The notes: generated by a model from the letters alone, not told the origin. Positions 9,765 to 19,179 are shown, counted from the first letter of the stretch. The stretch is DNA of 64,000 nt from Gammaproteobacteria bacterium (GCA_002717445.1 PBDY01000027.1:32747-96746); one strand, 5' to 3'. Numbers and translations: made by a program.

Positions 9765-10952
9765 ATGTCAATAGAATTACAAGCTGATACTTTACAGGAA
9801 AAATGGGAACCTGTATTGTCAACTGACGGTGGTATCACAGACTCTCACAAGAAGTCTGTAACTGCAGTTTTGTTGGAAAATCAGGAAATTGCCCTTAAAG
9901 AGGATATGGTTGCAGGTGGTGGAAATGCTACAGGCCCTGTCGATAACTTCGACCCTATCCTAATCTCGCTAGTTAGACGTTCTACTCCAAATCTTTTGGC
10001 GTTCGACGTTGCTGGTGTTCAACCTATGAAAGGCCCAACTGGTTTGATTTTTGCAATGAAATCAAACTATGCTGACGGTACGGACGGTACTAATGAAACT
10101 GAAGCTTTGTTTAACGAAGCAGATGATTCATTCTCTGGTGCTGGTTCTGCTGGTTCAGGTACTGGTATGGCGACTGCAACTGCAGAAGGTAACATTTCTG
10201 CAACAATGGGTTTCTCAATCGATAAGACTTCCGTTACGGCTAAGTCACGTCAATTGAAAGCACATTACACGCAAGAACTTGCTCAAGACCTTAAGGCTGT
10301 TCATGGACTTTCTGCTGAAACTGAATTGGCAAACATTTTGTCAACTGAGATTCTTCAGGAAATTAACCGTGAGTTAATCCACAAAATGACTACTAACGCT
10401 AAGCGTGGTCATGGGTTTGACGCTGCTGTAGGTGCTACTGCTGTTACTACTTCTGGTTCAGAAGTTGACGTATCAGATGGTCGCTGGGAAGTTGAAATCT
10501 ACAAAGCGATGATTACTCATATCGAGAAGCAAGCTAACTTAATCGCTGTTGATACTCGTCGTGGTAAAGGTAACTTTGCTATCGTCGGTACTGGCATCGC
10601 AGCTGCTCTAAATGCTACAGGTTCAGTACAGTACGGAAACGTTGCTGGAACTGGTCTTGAAGATGTAACTGGAAACCTTTTCTTAGGTACTCTAAACGGA
10701 ATGAAGATTTATGTCGACCCGTTTGGAACTGCTAACAGAATCGTTGTTGGTTATAAGGGTTCTAACTCTTATGATGCAGGTATGTTCTACTGCCCATACG
10801 TTCCATTAAGCATGATGAAGACAATCGGTGAGTCAGATTTCCAACCACGTATCGGGTTTAAAACTCGTTATGGTATGGCTGACAATCCATTTGTTACTGC
10901 TGGTGCAAACAACAACGTATACTACCGTCGTGTAGATGTAACTAACCTATAA
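9765..10952 (+). CDS. gp23: Major capsid protein
   Basis: GVQPMKGPTGLIFAM, ELAQDLKAVHGL, FYCPYVPL, FQPRIGFKTRYG. Confidence 0.98.
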   Translation: MSIELQADTLQEKWEPVLSTDGGITDSHKKSVTAVLLENQEIALKEDMVAGGGNATGPVDNFDPILISLVRRSTPNLLAFDVAGVQPMKGPTGLIFAMKSNYADGTDGTNETEALFNEADDSFSGAGSAGSGTGMATATAEGNISATMGFSIDKTSVTAKSRQLKAHYTQELAQDLKAVHGLSAETELANILSTEILQEINRELIHKMTTNAKRGHGFDAAVGATAVTTSGSEVDVSDGRWEVEIYKAMITHIEKQANLIAVDTRRGKGNFAIVGTGIAAALNATGSVQYGNVAGTGLEDVTGNLFLGTLNGMKIYVDPFGTANRIVVGYKGSNSYDAGMFYCPYVPLSMMKTIGESDFQPRIGFKTRYGMADNPFVTAGANNNVYYRRVDVTNL

Positions 10953-10971
10953 GGTTTAGTTAGTTGTTTAT

Positions 10972-11002
10972 TTAAATCCCCCTTAATTGGGGGATTTTTT
11001 TT
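10972..11002 (+). terminator. Rho-independent terminator after gp23
   Basis: AAATCCCCC-TTAATT-GGGGGATTT followed by a T-tract. Confidence 0.85.
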
Positions 11003-11068
11003 GTATATATACTATGGTAATCAAAGATATTTGGTTACTTTTTTTAACTTTTAAAAGAGAGAAAACAT

Positions 11069-11839
11069 ATGTTTAATAAACTTTTAGCCGCAATAGCGGC
11101 CATACTACTGTCTGCAACTACGTTTGCAGATGTAAGTTTATCTGGTGAATATGAAGGTAAACTTGATGATAGTGGTAACTATACCCAAGATGTAGAAGTT
11201 TCTGTAAAAGGTACTTCTGGTGATTCGACGGTAACGGTAACACTTGATGAGAATGGAGATGTAGATGACCTATGGGTAGAAACTACTTTAGGTGCATTTG
11301 TATTTAAATTAGGTGATTATTCTGGTTCAGATGGTCTTGATGATGATGACGCCGACAAAACCAAATTTGGTGTAACTACCACAGTTGGTGGAGTTAAGAT
11401 TACTGTAGACCAAGAGGTTGGTAAGACTGCAAAACTTACTGTAGCAGGTAAAGTTGCAGGTGTTGACCTTAAGGTAAAAGATGTCCTAAACTCTGAAAGA
11501 GAAACGACAGCTACTGTTGTCGCTGGTGGAGTAACCATTAAAACGGTTCATTCAAAGGTAACGGCTGGTAATAATCTTGATACGACGGTATCAACTGTTG
11601 TTGCTGGTAACACATTTAGTGTAGGACACGATTCCAATTCAGATGGAACATCTACTAACTCAGCTTCAGTATCAAGAGATATTACTGGTATCGGAGTTGT
11701 TAAGGTAGAGACTGAAAAGACTTCTGCTGATGTTAAGACAAATACCATATCTGTTAAAAGAGGTGTTTGGACTCTTGAACATAAGAAGACAGGCAGTGCA
11801 GATGGTGAAACATCACTTAAAGCAAGTTTTAAGTTTTAA
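11069..11839 (+). CDS. Putative outer-membrane beta-barrel (porin-like) protein
   Basis: Signal peptide MFNKLLAAIAAILLSATTFA, alternating V/T/S/G beta-strand pattern, C-terminal ...LKASFKF (terminal Phe beta-signal). Confidence 0.65.
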   Translation: MFNKLLAAIAAILLSATTFADVSLSGEYEGKLDDSGNYTQDVEVSVKGTSGDSTVTVTLDENGDVDDLWVETTLGAFVFKLGDYSGSDGLDDDDADKTKFGVTTTVGGVKITVDQEVGKTAKLTVAGKVAGVDLKVKDVLNSERETTATVVAGGVTIKTVHSKVTAGNNLDTTVSTVVAGNTFSVGHDSNSDGTSTNSASVSRDITGIGVVKVETEKTSADVKTNTISVKRGVWTLEHKKTGSADGETSLKASFKF

Positions 11840-11856
11840 ATTAACTATGGTCTAGA

Positions 11857-11887
11857 TTAAATCCCCCTTTACTGGGGGATTTTTCTT
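11857..11887 (+). terminator. Rho-independent terminator after porin-like gene
   Basis: AATCCCCC-TTTACT-GGGGGATT followed by a T-tract; near copy of the gp23 terminator. Confidence 0.85.
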
Positions 11888-11895
11888 TATAAATA
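11888..11895 (+). promoter_or_regulatory. Late promoter TATAAATA (gp3)
   Basis: Exact motif 5 nt before ATG 11901. Confidence 0.75.
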
Positions 11896-11900
11896 AAGAT

Positions 11901-12350
11901 ATGAGTGTAAATTTTCTAAATCCAACTGCGTTTTCAATGTCATTAGATAAGACATTAAATCCTAACGCAGAATTCAGCATACAAACTATGATGTTACCAG
12001 ATGTAACAGCAGAGGGAACACTATACCCCACTCGTTCCCGGAATTTAACTATGTCTGCAGACAAACTAGTATATGCCCCGTTCGAAGTTACTTTCTTAGT
12101 TGATGAAGATTTAGGGAACTATAAAGAGATATATGATTGGATATACACACAAGTGGATAGTAAACAAGATGATTTTAGAGATATTACTTTATCAGTATTG
12201 TCGTCTGCAAACAAAGTTAACAAACAAATCATATTCCACTCTGCACACCCAACTAGTCTGAGTTCATTACCATTCGATATAACAACACAGGATATTGAAT
12301 ATGTGGTAGCATCAGTTAGTTTTGAGTACTCATATTTCGAAATTGTATAA
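11901..12350 (+). CDS. gp3: Tail completion / sheath stabiliser (gp3-like)
   Basis: NFLNPTAF, FLVDEDLGNYKEIYDWI, PTSLSSLPFD. Confidence 0.85.
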   Translation: MSVNFLNPTAFSMSLDKTLNPNAEFSIQTMMLPDVTAEGTLYPTRSRNLTMSADKLVYAPFEVTFLVDEDLGNYKEIYDWIYTQVDSKQDDFRDITLSVLSSANKVNKQIIFHSAHPTSLSSLPFDITTQDIEYVVASVSFEYSYFEIV

Positions 12351-12379
12351 TTGACATTACACCCTGACTAGGGTATAAT
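12351..12379 (+). promoter_or_regulatory. Sigma70-type early promoter
   Basis: TTGACA-17 nt-TATAAT, perfect consensus. Confidence 0.85.
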
Positions 12380-12408
12380 GGTAGTATTGAATTGAAAATA
12401 GGCATATT

Positions 12409-12636
12409 ATGACACCATCAAAAGAAAGAATAGACCCACCTCACTATACTGTCGGTACTATCGACTGCATAACCTACATAACAGATAAGAACCTTAATTT
12501 CCTAGAAGGAAATATAGTTAAGTATGTCACACGCTGGCGTATGAAGAACGGTCTTGAGGATTTACATAAAGCAAAATGGTATTTAACAAAATTGATACAG
12601 GAAGAAGAAAAGAAAGCATATGACCAATCAGATTGA
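12409..12636 (+). CDS. DUF3310-like protein
   Basis: PPHY, FLEGNIVKYVTRWRMKNGLEDLHKAKWYL. Confidence 0.8.
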   Translation: MTPSKERIDPPHYTVGTIDCITYITDKNLNFLEGNIVKYVTRWRMKNGLEDLHKAKWYLTKLIQEEEKKAYDQSD

Positions 12637-13306
12637 AATGAAAATAGAACATCTTCAACCTTGGTCTACATTTGTATTGAGGACTAAGTTACCTGATTTT
12701 GTACTTGAGAAGATGATAAAGATTACAGATAAGATAATTGATGAAGGTGGTGATAGTCACGGACAATATCTCGCTGGTCAAATAAAATCTGAACTTGAAG
12801 TACCCCATAAGATTTTAGAAGAAGAAGGGTTAATGGGTTTCTTTAATGAGATGACTAGACAGTTTGTGGTTCAACAGACTATACAACAGAAACCACTTGA
12901 AGAAGAAAGGATACTACAAGAGGAGTATATCACAGAGATGCTTTCTATGTGGATTATCTCTCAAAAGGATAATGAATATAATCCCTTTCATATACATACT
13001 AAATGCGCCCTCTCTACTGTAATGTATCTCAAGATACCTGAATACTTACCATCTCGTAAGGAAGGTAAAGATGATGATGGTGCAATTAACTTCATTGGTA
13101 ATGCGAGTAAGGATAGATTTTGGGGTGAACCAAAATTAACTATTAAACCAGAGGTAGGGGATTTCTTTATATTCTCTGCATCACAAGGACATTTCGTATA
13201 CCCTTTCAGAACGGCAGACGGTAAGGGTGAGAGAAGAAGTGTTTCGTTTAATGCAAGGTATATTAGTGGTTACGACGAAATGGGAAAAAGAAATGAATCT
13301 AATTGA
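12620..13306 (+). CDS. 2OG-Fe(II) oxygenase-like protein
   Basis: NPFHIH, LSTVMYL, PEVGDFFIF, HFVYP, RRSVSFN. Confidence 0.75.
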   Translation: MTNQIEMKIEHLQPWSTFVLRTKLPDFVLEKMIKITDKIIDEGGDSHGQYLAGQIKSELEVPHKILEEEGLMGFFNEMTRQFVVQQTIQQKPLEEERILQEEYITEMLSMWIISQKDNEYNPFHIHTKCALSTVMYLKIPEYLPSRKEGKDDDGAINFIGNASKDRFWGEPKLTIKPEVGDFFIFSASQGHFVYPFRTADGKGERRSVSFNARYISGYDEMGKRNESN

Positions 13307-13739
13307 TGAAACATTAGAGATGTGGGAACAAGATGGTGTTATAGACCAATTCAAACTAGATGATACTACAATCAAAATGGCGAGTATGCACTCGAAGTAT
13401 CTTGGGTTAATAACTAAATGCAAACTCACTAAGAAGAAACTTGACTTGGATTATAAAACCCTACTCAAGAATAAGTGGTTATATTATAATGGTAAGATGT
13501 CACAAGAGGAAATCGAATCATTTGGTTGGGAATTCGACCCATTCAAAGGATTGAAAATTCTTAAAGGTGATATGAATTACTATTATGATGCAGATGTGGA
13601 TATTCAGAAAGCACAAGCAAAACTAGAATATTATAAAGTATATGAAGAAACATTAAAGGAGATTTTAGACACTATAAGATGGCGACACCAAAACATTGGT
13701 AATATAATTAAGTGGCGTTCCTTTGAAGCAGGTGTATGA
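13293..13739 (+). CDS. uvsY: Recombination mediator UvsY
   Basis: HSKYL, KWLYYNGK, YYDADVDI, NIIKWRSFEAG. Confidence 0.9.
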   Translation: MNLIDETLEMWEQDGVIDQFKLDDTTIKMASMHSKYLGLITKCKLTKKKLDLDYKTLLKNKWLYYNGKMSQEEIESFGWEFDPFKGLKILKGDMNYYYDADVDIQKAQAKLEYYKVYEETLKEILDTIRWRHQNIGNIIKWRSFEAGV

Positions 13740-13912
13740 TAGCTTGCATATGTCGTAATATAAGTGAGAATAAATATAAAGATAAGAAAGCTTTATATAA
13801 AAGATTAATACAAGATGATAAACAATGTTGCAAATGTTTAGTAAATTATCACATATCGGATACAGAGAAGAACGATATAGAAGAGCCGATGTCAACAATC
13901 CACTCCTATTAG
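13736..13912 (+). CDS. Small Cys-rich BFD-like protein, 58 aa (missing from ORF track)
   Basis: ATGA overlap with the uvsY stop; MIACICRNIS...QCCKC gives CxC...CxxC as in bacterioferritin-associated ferredoxins, but with shorter spacing. Confidence 0.5.
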   Translation: MIACICRNISENKYKDKKALYKRLIQDDKQCCKCLVNYHISDTEKNDIEEPMSTIHSY

Positions 13913-14757
13913 GATTATCAACCATTGAATTAAATGTTAGTGAGTTGTGTAATCGTAAGTGTAGTTTCTGTCCTCGTTATGACGAGTCAGTCTATCCAAA
14001 TCAAAAAAAGTTTATGTCTACTGCAACGGTAGACGCTTTAGTGAAACAACTGAAATGGTGTGGTTGGTACGGTGATGTTCATATCGCTGGTTTCGGTGAA
14101 CCACACACTCACCCAACACTACTTCAAATCATTAAGATATTAAAATCGTACAATAACTTGTTTATTGAAATAGCAACTAATGGGGATAGACTAATAGATA
14201 ATGATATTGAATTCACTAAGAAATTATTTGATGCTGGACTAGATTTGTTAACCATTGATTGTTATGACGGTGATGCACAATACTATGAAAGAATATCTAC
14301 GTGTCAAGTATTACCCGAAGGTAAATATAGATTATCAAATAAACCTGATATTGCTAATTTCCAGTTATTTCAGGGACATCCTGACCATAAATCAACTGAA
14401 CAATTGATTAATGAATTTGGATTTACTAATCGTGCTGGGATTATGGGAAAGACGGAGACTCTAGATAGAGAATGTTATTTACCATTTTACAAGACATTAA
14501 TTGATTGGAATGGTAATATGTTATTATGTTGTAACGACTGGCATAGGAAAGGTGGTGATTTCGGTAACATAAACAAGGATAGTATTATAGACGCTTGGAA
14601 CTCTGATAAGATGATAAAGAAACGTCGTAGACTCTCAGAAGGAAAACGAGATGATGTTTGTGCTACTTGTGATATAGACGGAAAGAAGTTTGGATTAAAG
14701 AGTTTTGAATTACACGAATCTCACTATAACTACATTCTCCACAAGCTTGTGGATTAA
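13825..14757 (+). CDS. Radical SAM protein with SPASM/twitch domain
   Basis: CNRKCSFC (CxxxCxxC), GFGEP, TNGD, C-terminal CYLPF...CCNDW...GNI...CATC. Confidence 0.9.
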   Translation: MLQMFSKLSHIGYREERYRRADVNNPLLLGLSTIELNVSELCNRKCSFCPRYDESVYPNQKKFMSTATVDALVKQLKWCGWYGDVHIAGFGEPHTHPTLLQIIKILKSYNNLFIEIATNGDRLIDNDIEFTKKLFDAGLDLLTIDCYDGDAQYYERISTCQVLPEGKYRLSNKPDIANFQLFQGHPDHKSTEQLINEFGFTNRAGIMGKTETLDRECYLPFYKTLIDWNGNMLLCCNDWHRKGGDFGNINKDSIIDAWNSDKMIKKRRRLSEGKRDDVCATCDIDGKKFGLKSFELHESHYNYILHKLVD

Positions 14758-14779
14758 CATGAATCTCACTATAACTACA
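14712..14779 (+). repeat. 23-nt direct repeat pair flanking a 16-bp palindrome at the uvsW start
   Basis: ACA(C/T)GAATCTCACTATAACTACA at 14712-14734 and 14757-14779; TCCACAAGCTTGTGGA at 14738-14753. Confidence 0.85.
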
Positions 14780-16246
14780 AAAAATAATACCTACATTACA
14801 TTAGATTGTGATGATAAAGGAATACTACACGAACTATCCGAGTTCTTTACATTCTATGTTCCTGGATATAAGTTTATGCCTGCATTTCGTAATAAGATGT
14901 GGGACGGTAAACTTAGACTCTTTAATATAAACAACCAACAGATATACTCTGGATTGTATTCGTATATCGTCGAATTCTGTAAAGAGAGGGATATCACCAT
15001 TACTATGAAAGAAGGGAACTACGATAACCCAGACAAAGAGTATGATGATTCTCTTGATTGGATTAAAGAACTATCATTGACGGTTCGTGGAAAGAAAATA
15101 GAACCAAGAGATTATCAGTTGGAAGCAATCCGGATGGCCCTTAAAACTAGGAGAGGAATGTTGTTAAGTCCAACTGCGTCCGGAAAATCTTTGATTATAT
15201 ATCTACTAATGAGAAAAATGCTGTCAGAGGCATCCGGTAAAGTTTTGATTATCGTACCAACAACTTCTCTGGTAAAACAGATGTATGGTGATTTCGCAGA
15301 TTATTCCGAATTTGATAAAGAATGGGATTCCCATATGAACTGTCACGAGATAATGGCAGGAAAGGATAAAGGACATAAGACTAAGAGAGTTTATATCTCT
15401 ACGTGGCAATCCATATACAAAATGAGTAGTAAATACTTTGAACAGTTTGGTATGGTAGTAGGTGATGAGGCACATCAATTTAAAGCAAAATCTCTTACAT
15501 CTATATTGACTAAGTGTACAGAAGCAAAATATAGACTTGGAACTACTGGTACACTTGACGGTACGCAAACACATAAGTTAGTACTTGAAGGTTTGTTCGG
15601 GCCAGTTAGAAAGATAACCACATCAAAGACTCTTATGGATAGGGGTGACCTTGCACCATTAGAGATTGATGTATTATCAATGAAGTATCCCACAGAGATG
15701 TGTCAGATTGTGAAGGGAATGAAGTACCCAGAGGAAATAAATTACCTTGTAACGAATGATATGAGGAATAATTTTATAAAGAATCTCGCATTAGACCAAA
15801 AAGGTAATACATTGGTCTTATTCAATTATGTAGAGAAACACGGTGTACCTCTGTTTAGATTGATAGAGAAATGTGCGAAGAAAGGTAGAAAGGTATTCTT
15901 TGTATCTGGAAATACTGATGCAACGGTTCGTGAGGAAATCAGAACCATAACAGAAACAGAAAAGGACGCTGTGTTAGTATGTTCTTTCGGTACATTCTCT
16001 ACTGGTGTTAATATAAGGAATCTTCATAACATCATATTCGCATCACCGAGTAAATCCCAAATTAGAGTATTGCAGTCTATTGGTAGAGGATTAAGGAAAT
16101 CGGATAGACAAACCAAAATATATGATATCGCAGATGACCTATCTTGGAAGAAATATAAGAACTTTGCACATAGACACGCTGCTGAAAGGGTTAAAATATA
16201 TGCGAAAGAAATGTTTAAATTCAAGATACACACCGTTAAATTATGA
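14759..16246 (+). CDS. uvsW: SF2 DNA helicase UvsW
   Basis: WDGKLRLF, PTASGKS, DEAH, TGT, QSIGRGLR. Confidence 0.95.
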   Translation: MNLTITTKNNTYITLDCDDKGILHELSEFFTFYVPGYKFMPAFRNKMWDGKLRLFNINNQQIYSGLYSYIVEFCKERDITITMKEGNYDNPDKEYDDSLDWIKELSLTVRGKKIEPRDYQLEAIRMALKTRRGMLLSPTASGKSLIIYLLMRKMLSEASGKVLIIVPTTSLVKQMYGDFADYSEFDKEWDSHMNCHEIMAGKDKGHKTKRVYISTWQSIYKMSSKYFEQFGMVVGDEAHQFKAKSLTSILTKCTEAKYRLGTTGTLDGTQTHKLVLEGLFGPVRKITTSKTLMDRGDLAPLEIDVLSMKYPTEMCQIVKGMKYPEEINYLVTNDMRNNFIKNLALDQKGNTLVLFNYVEKHGVPLFRLIEKCAKKGRKVFFVSGNTDATVREEIRTITETEKDAVLVCSFGTFSTGVNIRNLHNIIFASPSKSQIRVLQSIGRGLRKSDRQTKIYDIADDLSWKKYKNFAHRHAAERVKIYAKEMFKFKIHTVKL

Positions 16247-16257
16247 TAAATAGTAGT

Positions 16258-16635
16258 ATGTCAGAAGAAAAAAAGATAAGTATAACTGAATTACCAATCA
16301 GATACTTTAAAATGATGAATGGAGACTCAATCATCTCATACTTACATGATGAAGCATTAGAAGGTGAAGAAGTCTATGCATTAGAAGAACCAATGTTAGT
16401 CACAACAGATGATGACCATAGATATAATTTATCACCTTGGTTTCCATTTAGTAAAGAGAATATACACTTCATTGATGTAGAGAAGGTATTGTCTACTGAT
16501 TCTGTTGATGATGGTATTAAGAACACATATCTTCGTCTTGTCCTTGATAAGACCGAATACGAGTCAAGGGGTACTCCCACTCAAGCCTCTAGTACTGCGT
16601 TCCACGTAGAACAACTATCCTACTCTAAACACTAG
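16258..16635 (+). CDS. Hypothetical protein at the usual post-uvsW position
   Basis: FKMMNGDSII...PW pattern; GATAAATA late-promoter variant 5 nt upstream. Confidence 0.6.
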   Translation: MSEEKKISITELPIRYFKMMNGDSIISYLHDEALEGEEVYALEEPMLVTTDDDHRYNLSPWFPFSKENIHFIDVEKVLSTDSVDDGIKNTYLRLVLDKTEYESRGTPTQASSTAFHVEQLSYSKH

Positions 16636-16660
16636 CTCAGCCCTGGCAGACACAGCCCTT

Positions 16661-16689
16661 ATTATACCTGATAAATAGCCAAAAGTCAA
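16661..16689 (-). promoter_or_regulatory. Antisense sigma70-type promoter, divergent from the gp55 promoter
   Basis: The reverse complement reads TTGACT-17 nt-TATAAT. Confidence 0.75.
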
Positions 16690-16705
16690 GTTTATGCTGA
16701 TTTAA

Positions 16706-16734
16706 TTGACTTTGGCCTTGTACTATGGTATAAT
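16706..16734 (+). promoter_or_regulatory. Sigma70-type promoter for gp55
   Basis: TTGACT-17 nt-TATAAT with an extended -10 TG. Confidence 0.85.
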
Positions 16735-16767
16735 GGTATGTAATATTATAATAATAGGAGTATTGAA

Positions 16768-17340
16768 ATGCCTGAAAAGATTAAACCAAGAGATAAACCA
16801 CATTATGTAAATAATAGAGATTTTAGTAATGCCGTTGTCGATTATTGTAAACATTGTATTACTGAGGACGAGTCTGGTAATGAAAGACCAGTAGTAACTG
16901 ATTATATCGCAACGTGTTTTATGAAGATATGTGAAGGATTATCACACAAATCTAATTTCGTTAGATATACATATCGAGATGAAATGGTTATGGACGGAGT
17001 AGAGAATTGCCTTCGTGCGATACATAACTATAACATTGAAACAACTACTCGTACTGGTAAACCTAATGCTTTTGCATATTTCACACAGATAGCGTATTTC
17101 GCTTTCATTAGACGAATCACTAAAGAAAAGAAACAACAAGATATTAAGTTTCATTTCTTAGAACAAGCAGATATCGAATCCTTTATTACTTCAACAGATA
17201 CTAGTAATCCTATTGACCAAGCATATGTTGATGTGTTAAGGAATAAGATTGCATCAATCAAAAAGAAAGATGATGCTATTAAAGAGTTCGGTAAAGTTGT
17301 TAAAGAGAAGAAAGCAAAAGGAGTCGAATTGCATACATGA
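16768..17340 (+). CDS. gp55: Late transcription sigma factor
   Basis: HYVNNRDF, YTYRDEMVMDGVENC, NAFAYFTQIAYFAFIRRI. Confidence 0.95.
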   Translation: MPEKIKPRDKPHYVNNRDFSNAVVDYCKHCITEDESGNERPVVTDYIATCFMKICEGLSHKSNFVRYTYRDEMVMDGVENCLRAIHNYNIETTTRTGKPNAFAYFTQIAYFAFIRRITKEKKQQDIKFHFLEQADIESFITSTDTSNPIDQAYVDVLRNKIASIKKKDDAIKEFGKVVKEKKAKGVELHT

Positions 17341-18155
17341 TGAAATTCCACGATAATTATTTCTGGTGGACTTACACAGATATAATTGATACATTGGTCT
17401 TTGCACATATGTTAGTAGAGAAATTTCAATGCAATGCAACGTTAGAATCGGTACAACCTAGTAGTGTAAATAACAATGCAAATGAATTTGAAACTCATTT
17501 AGACCAAATAAACTTCGTATATGATTATATGAATCTTAAAGAAAGGGGTGTAGACCTCAAGATTGATATAATGGATAGCAAGTTACATAACAAAATCTGT
17601 GCAAATAAGTCAATAGACCACGAAGGTAATTCCGTGGGTAGACTCTTTTGGCCTCATAATATTAATCACGTTAAGAACCACAAGATAGCAATCTTTAGTG
17701 GGGAAGATAACCGTAGTAAGTTTAGTGATAACCTTGATGCACACGGTAAAGATAAGAATTGGAAGAATCCTATGTATGGTAATTGGGATATAGTGAGAGA
17801 AGATTTGACAAGACAAGGATATGAGTTAGTTGAAATCAGTTATAAGGATAAGATATCTGACACGATAGAGAAAGTACAAGATTGTTATGCGTGTGTGGGA
17901 TACTTTGGTGCAATAAACAGCATTGCATTATTAACAAACAAACCCCTTATTCTTATATACCAATCTCCGGGAAATGATGGATATACTAGATTGTGTAACA
18001 GGGAGATTATTAATATTAGTTCACCAGACGAATACAGTTTATTACTACATAACTCAAAACACCAATGGCACGAGTTAATAAGGAACTCACACAAAATGTG
18101 GGCGAAAGGTTATCATAATTATCAGGGATATAAATTAGGAACTAAATCGGTATGA
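17337..18155 (+). CDS. Hypothetical protein, GT-B/GT9-like C-terminal motif (paralog 1)
   Basis: WKNP...GYELVEISY...CVGYFGAINSIALLTNKPLI; similar to the 18152 and 62125 ORFs. Confidence 0.45.
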   Translation: MMKFHDNYFWWTYTDIIDTLVFAHMLVEKFQCNATLESVQPSSVNNNANEFETHLDQINFVYDYMNLKERGVDLKIDIMDSKLHNKICANKSIDHEGNSVGRLFWPHNINHVKNHKIAIFSGEDNRSKFSDNLDAHGKDKNWKNPMYGNWDIVREDLTRQGYELVEISYKDKISDTIEKVQDCYACVGYFGAINSIALLTNKPLILIYQSPGNDGYTRLCNREIINISSPDEYSLLLHNSKHQWHELIRNSHKMWAKGYHNYQGYKLGTKSV

Positions 18156-18994
18156 TGACACTAGTAGATAATTATAATTGGAAAGCATATGCAAATACCA
18201 TTTGTAAATTCGTCTTTGCGAATATGTTAATGGAAAGATATCAATGTCCAGCAGTATTAAAGTCTGTACAAGATGTTGGTATAAACAAACAAGCAAATCA
18301 ATACGAGACTTATTATGACCAAATAATGTTCTTCTATGATTATATGGAAATGAAGGAAAGGGGATTAACCCTTGAAGTGAGAAAGATTGGAACAAGAGAA
18401 CACACAAGAACGTGTAACAATCAACGAATAGATACGTGGACTAATGACCAAGCAATAGGTAGACTTTTCTGGCCTGGCCTAAACCAGTGTACTCCGATTG
18501 GTTCACCTAATAAGATTGCAGTATGTACTGGGGAAGATAATATTCAGAAATATTTTTCCACCACCAATAGTTATAATTGGAGTGCCAATATTGATGATAT
18601 TACACCTACATGGCGAAATCCTATGTATGGTGAATGGGATTTAGTCAAAGAAGATTTAGAATCACAGGGGTTCGAAGTAGTTAATATCTCTTATAGAGAG
18701 AGATTATCTGACACTATAAATAAATTAGAAGATTGTTCTTCTATTATAGGATATTATGGTGTAACTCAGTTCCTTGCATTATTGATGAACTTACCACTCA
18801 TATCTGTTTATGATAATAGTAAAAATGACAGTTATTCTAGAGTATGTAATAGGGTTATTATAAACGATTATAAGAAACCTAAACTCACAGCGACAGCGCC
18901 CCACGATTTCAAAGAGTTGATAAGGGAATCAAAAAAGAAATGGGAGTTAGGTAAGAAACGTTATGGTTTATTTAAAGAGGGGATACAATATTGA
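18152..18994 (+). CDS. Hypothetical protein, GT-B/GT9-like C-terminal motif (paralog 2)
   Basis: Shares FAxML.E..QC.A.L.SVQ, GRLFWP, GEDN and W.NPMYG.WD with the 17337 ORF. Confidence 0.45.
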   Translation: MMTLVDNYNWKAYANTICKFVFANMLMERYQCPAVLKSVQDVGINKQANQYETYYDQIMFFYDYMEMKERGLTLEVRKIGTREHTRTCNNQRIDTWTNDQAIGRLFWPGLNQCTPIGSPNKIAVCTGEDNIQKYFSTTNSYNWSANIDDITPTWRNPMYGEWDLVKEDLESQGFEVVNISYRERLSDTINKLEDCSSIIGYYGVTQFLALLMNLPLISVYDNSKNDSYSRVCNRVIINDYKKPKLTATAPHDFKELIRESKKKWELGKKRYGLFKEGIQY

Positions 18995-19179
18995 TTAGAT
19001 TGATTGAGAAGTGTTTGATTATAGCAATACCAACATATAGTATTGCTTGGTGGACTGAGATGATGGTATACACTATGCCAATGTTAGCAATAACAACTGT
19101 TATTGCAACTAGTATCTTTAATGAAGATAATATTACAAAGAGAATTGATTTTGATTATAAGGAAGGAAAAGAAGGGTGA
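18991..19179 (+). CDS. Small membrane protein
   Basis: Two hydrophobic segments; overlaps both neighbours. Confidence 0.45.
   Translation: MIRLIEKCLIIAIPTYSIAWWTEMMVYTMPMLAITTVIATSIFNEDNITKRIDFDYKEGKEG

Noticed and set aside
14712..14779. Mini-CRISPR array
   Set aside because: Only two repeats with a 22-nt palindromic spacer, inside coding sequence, and no cas operon.
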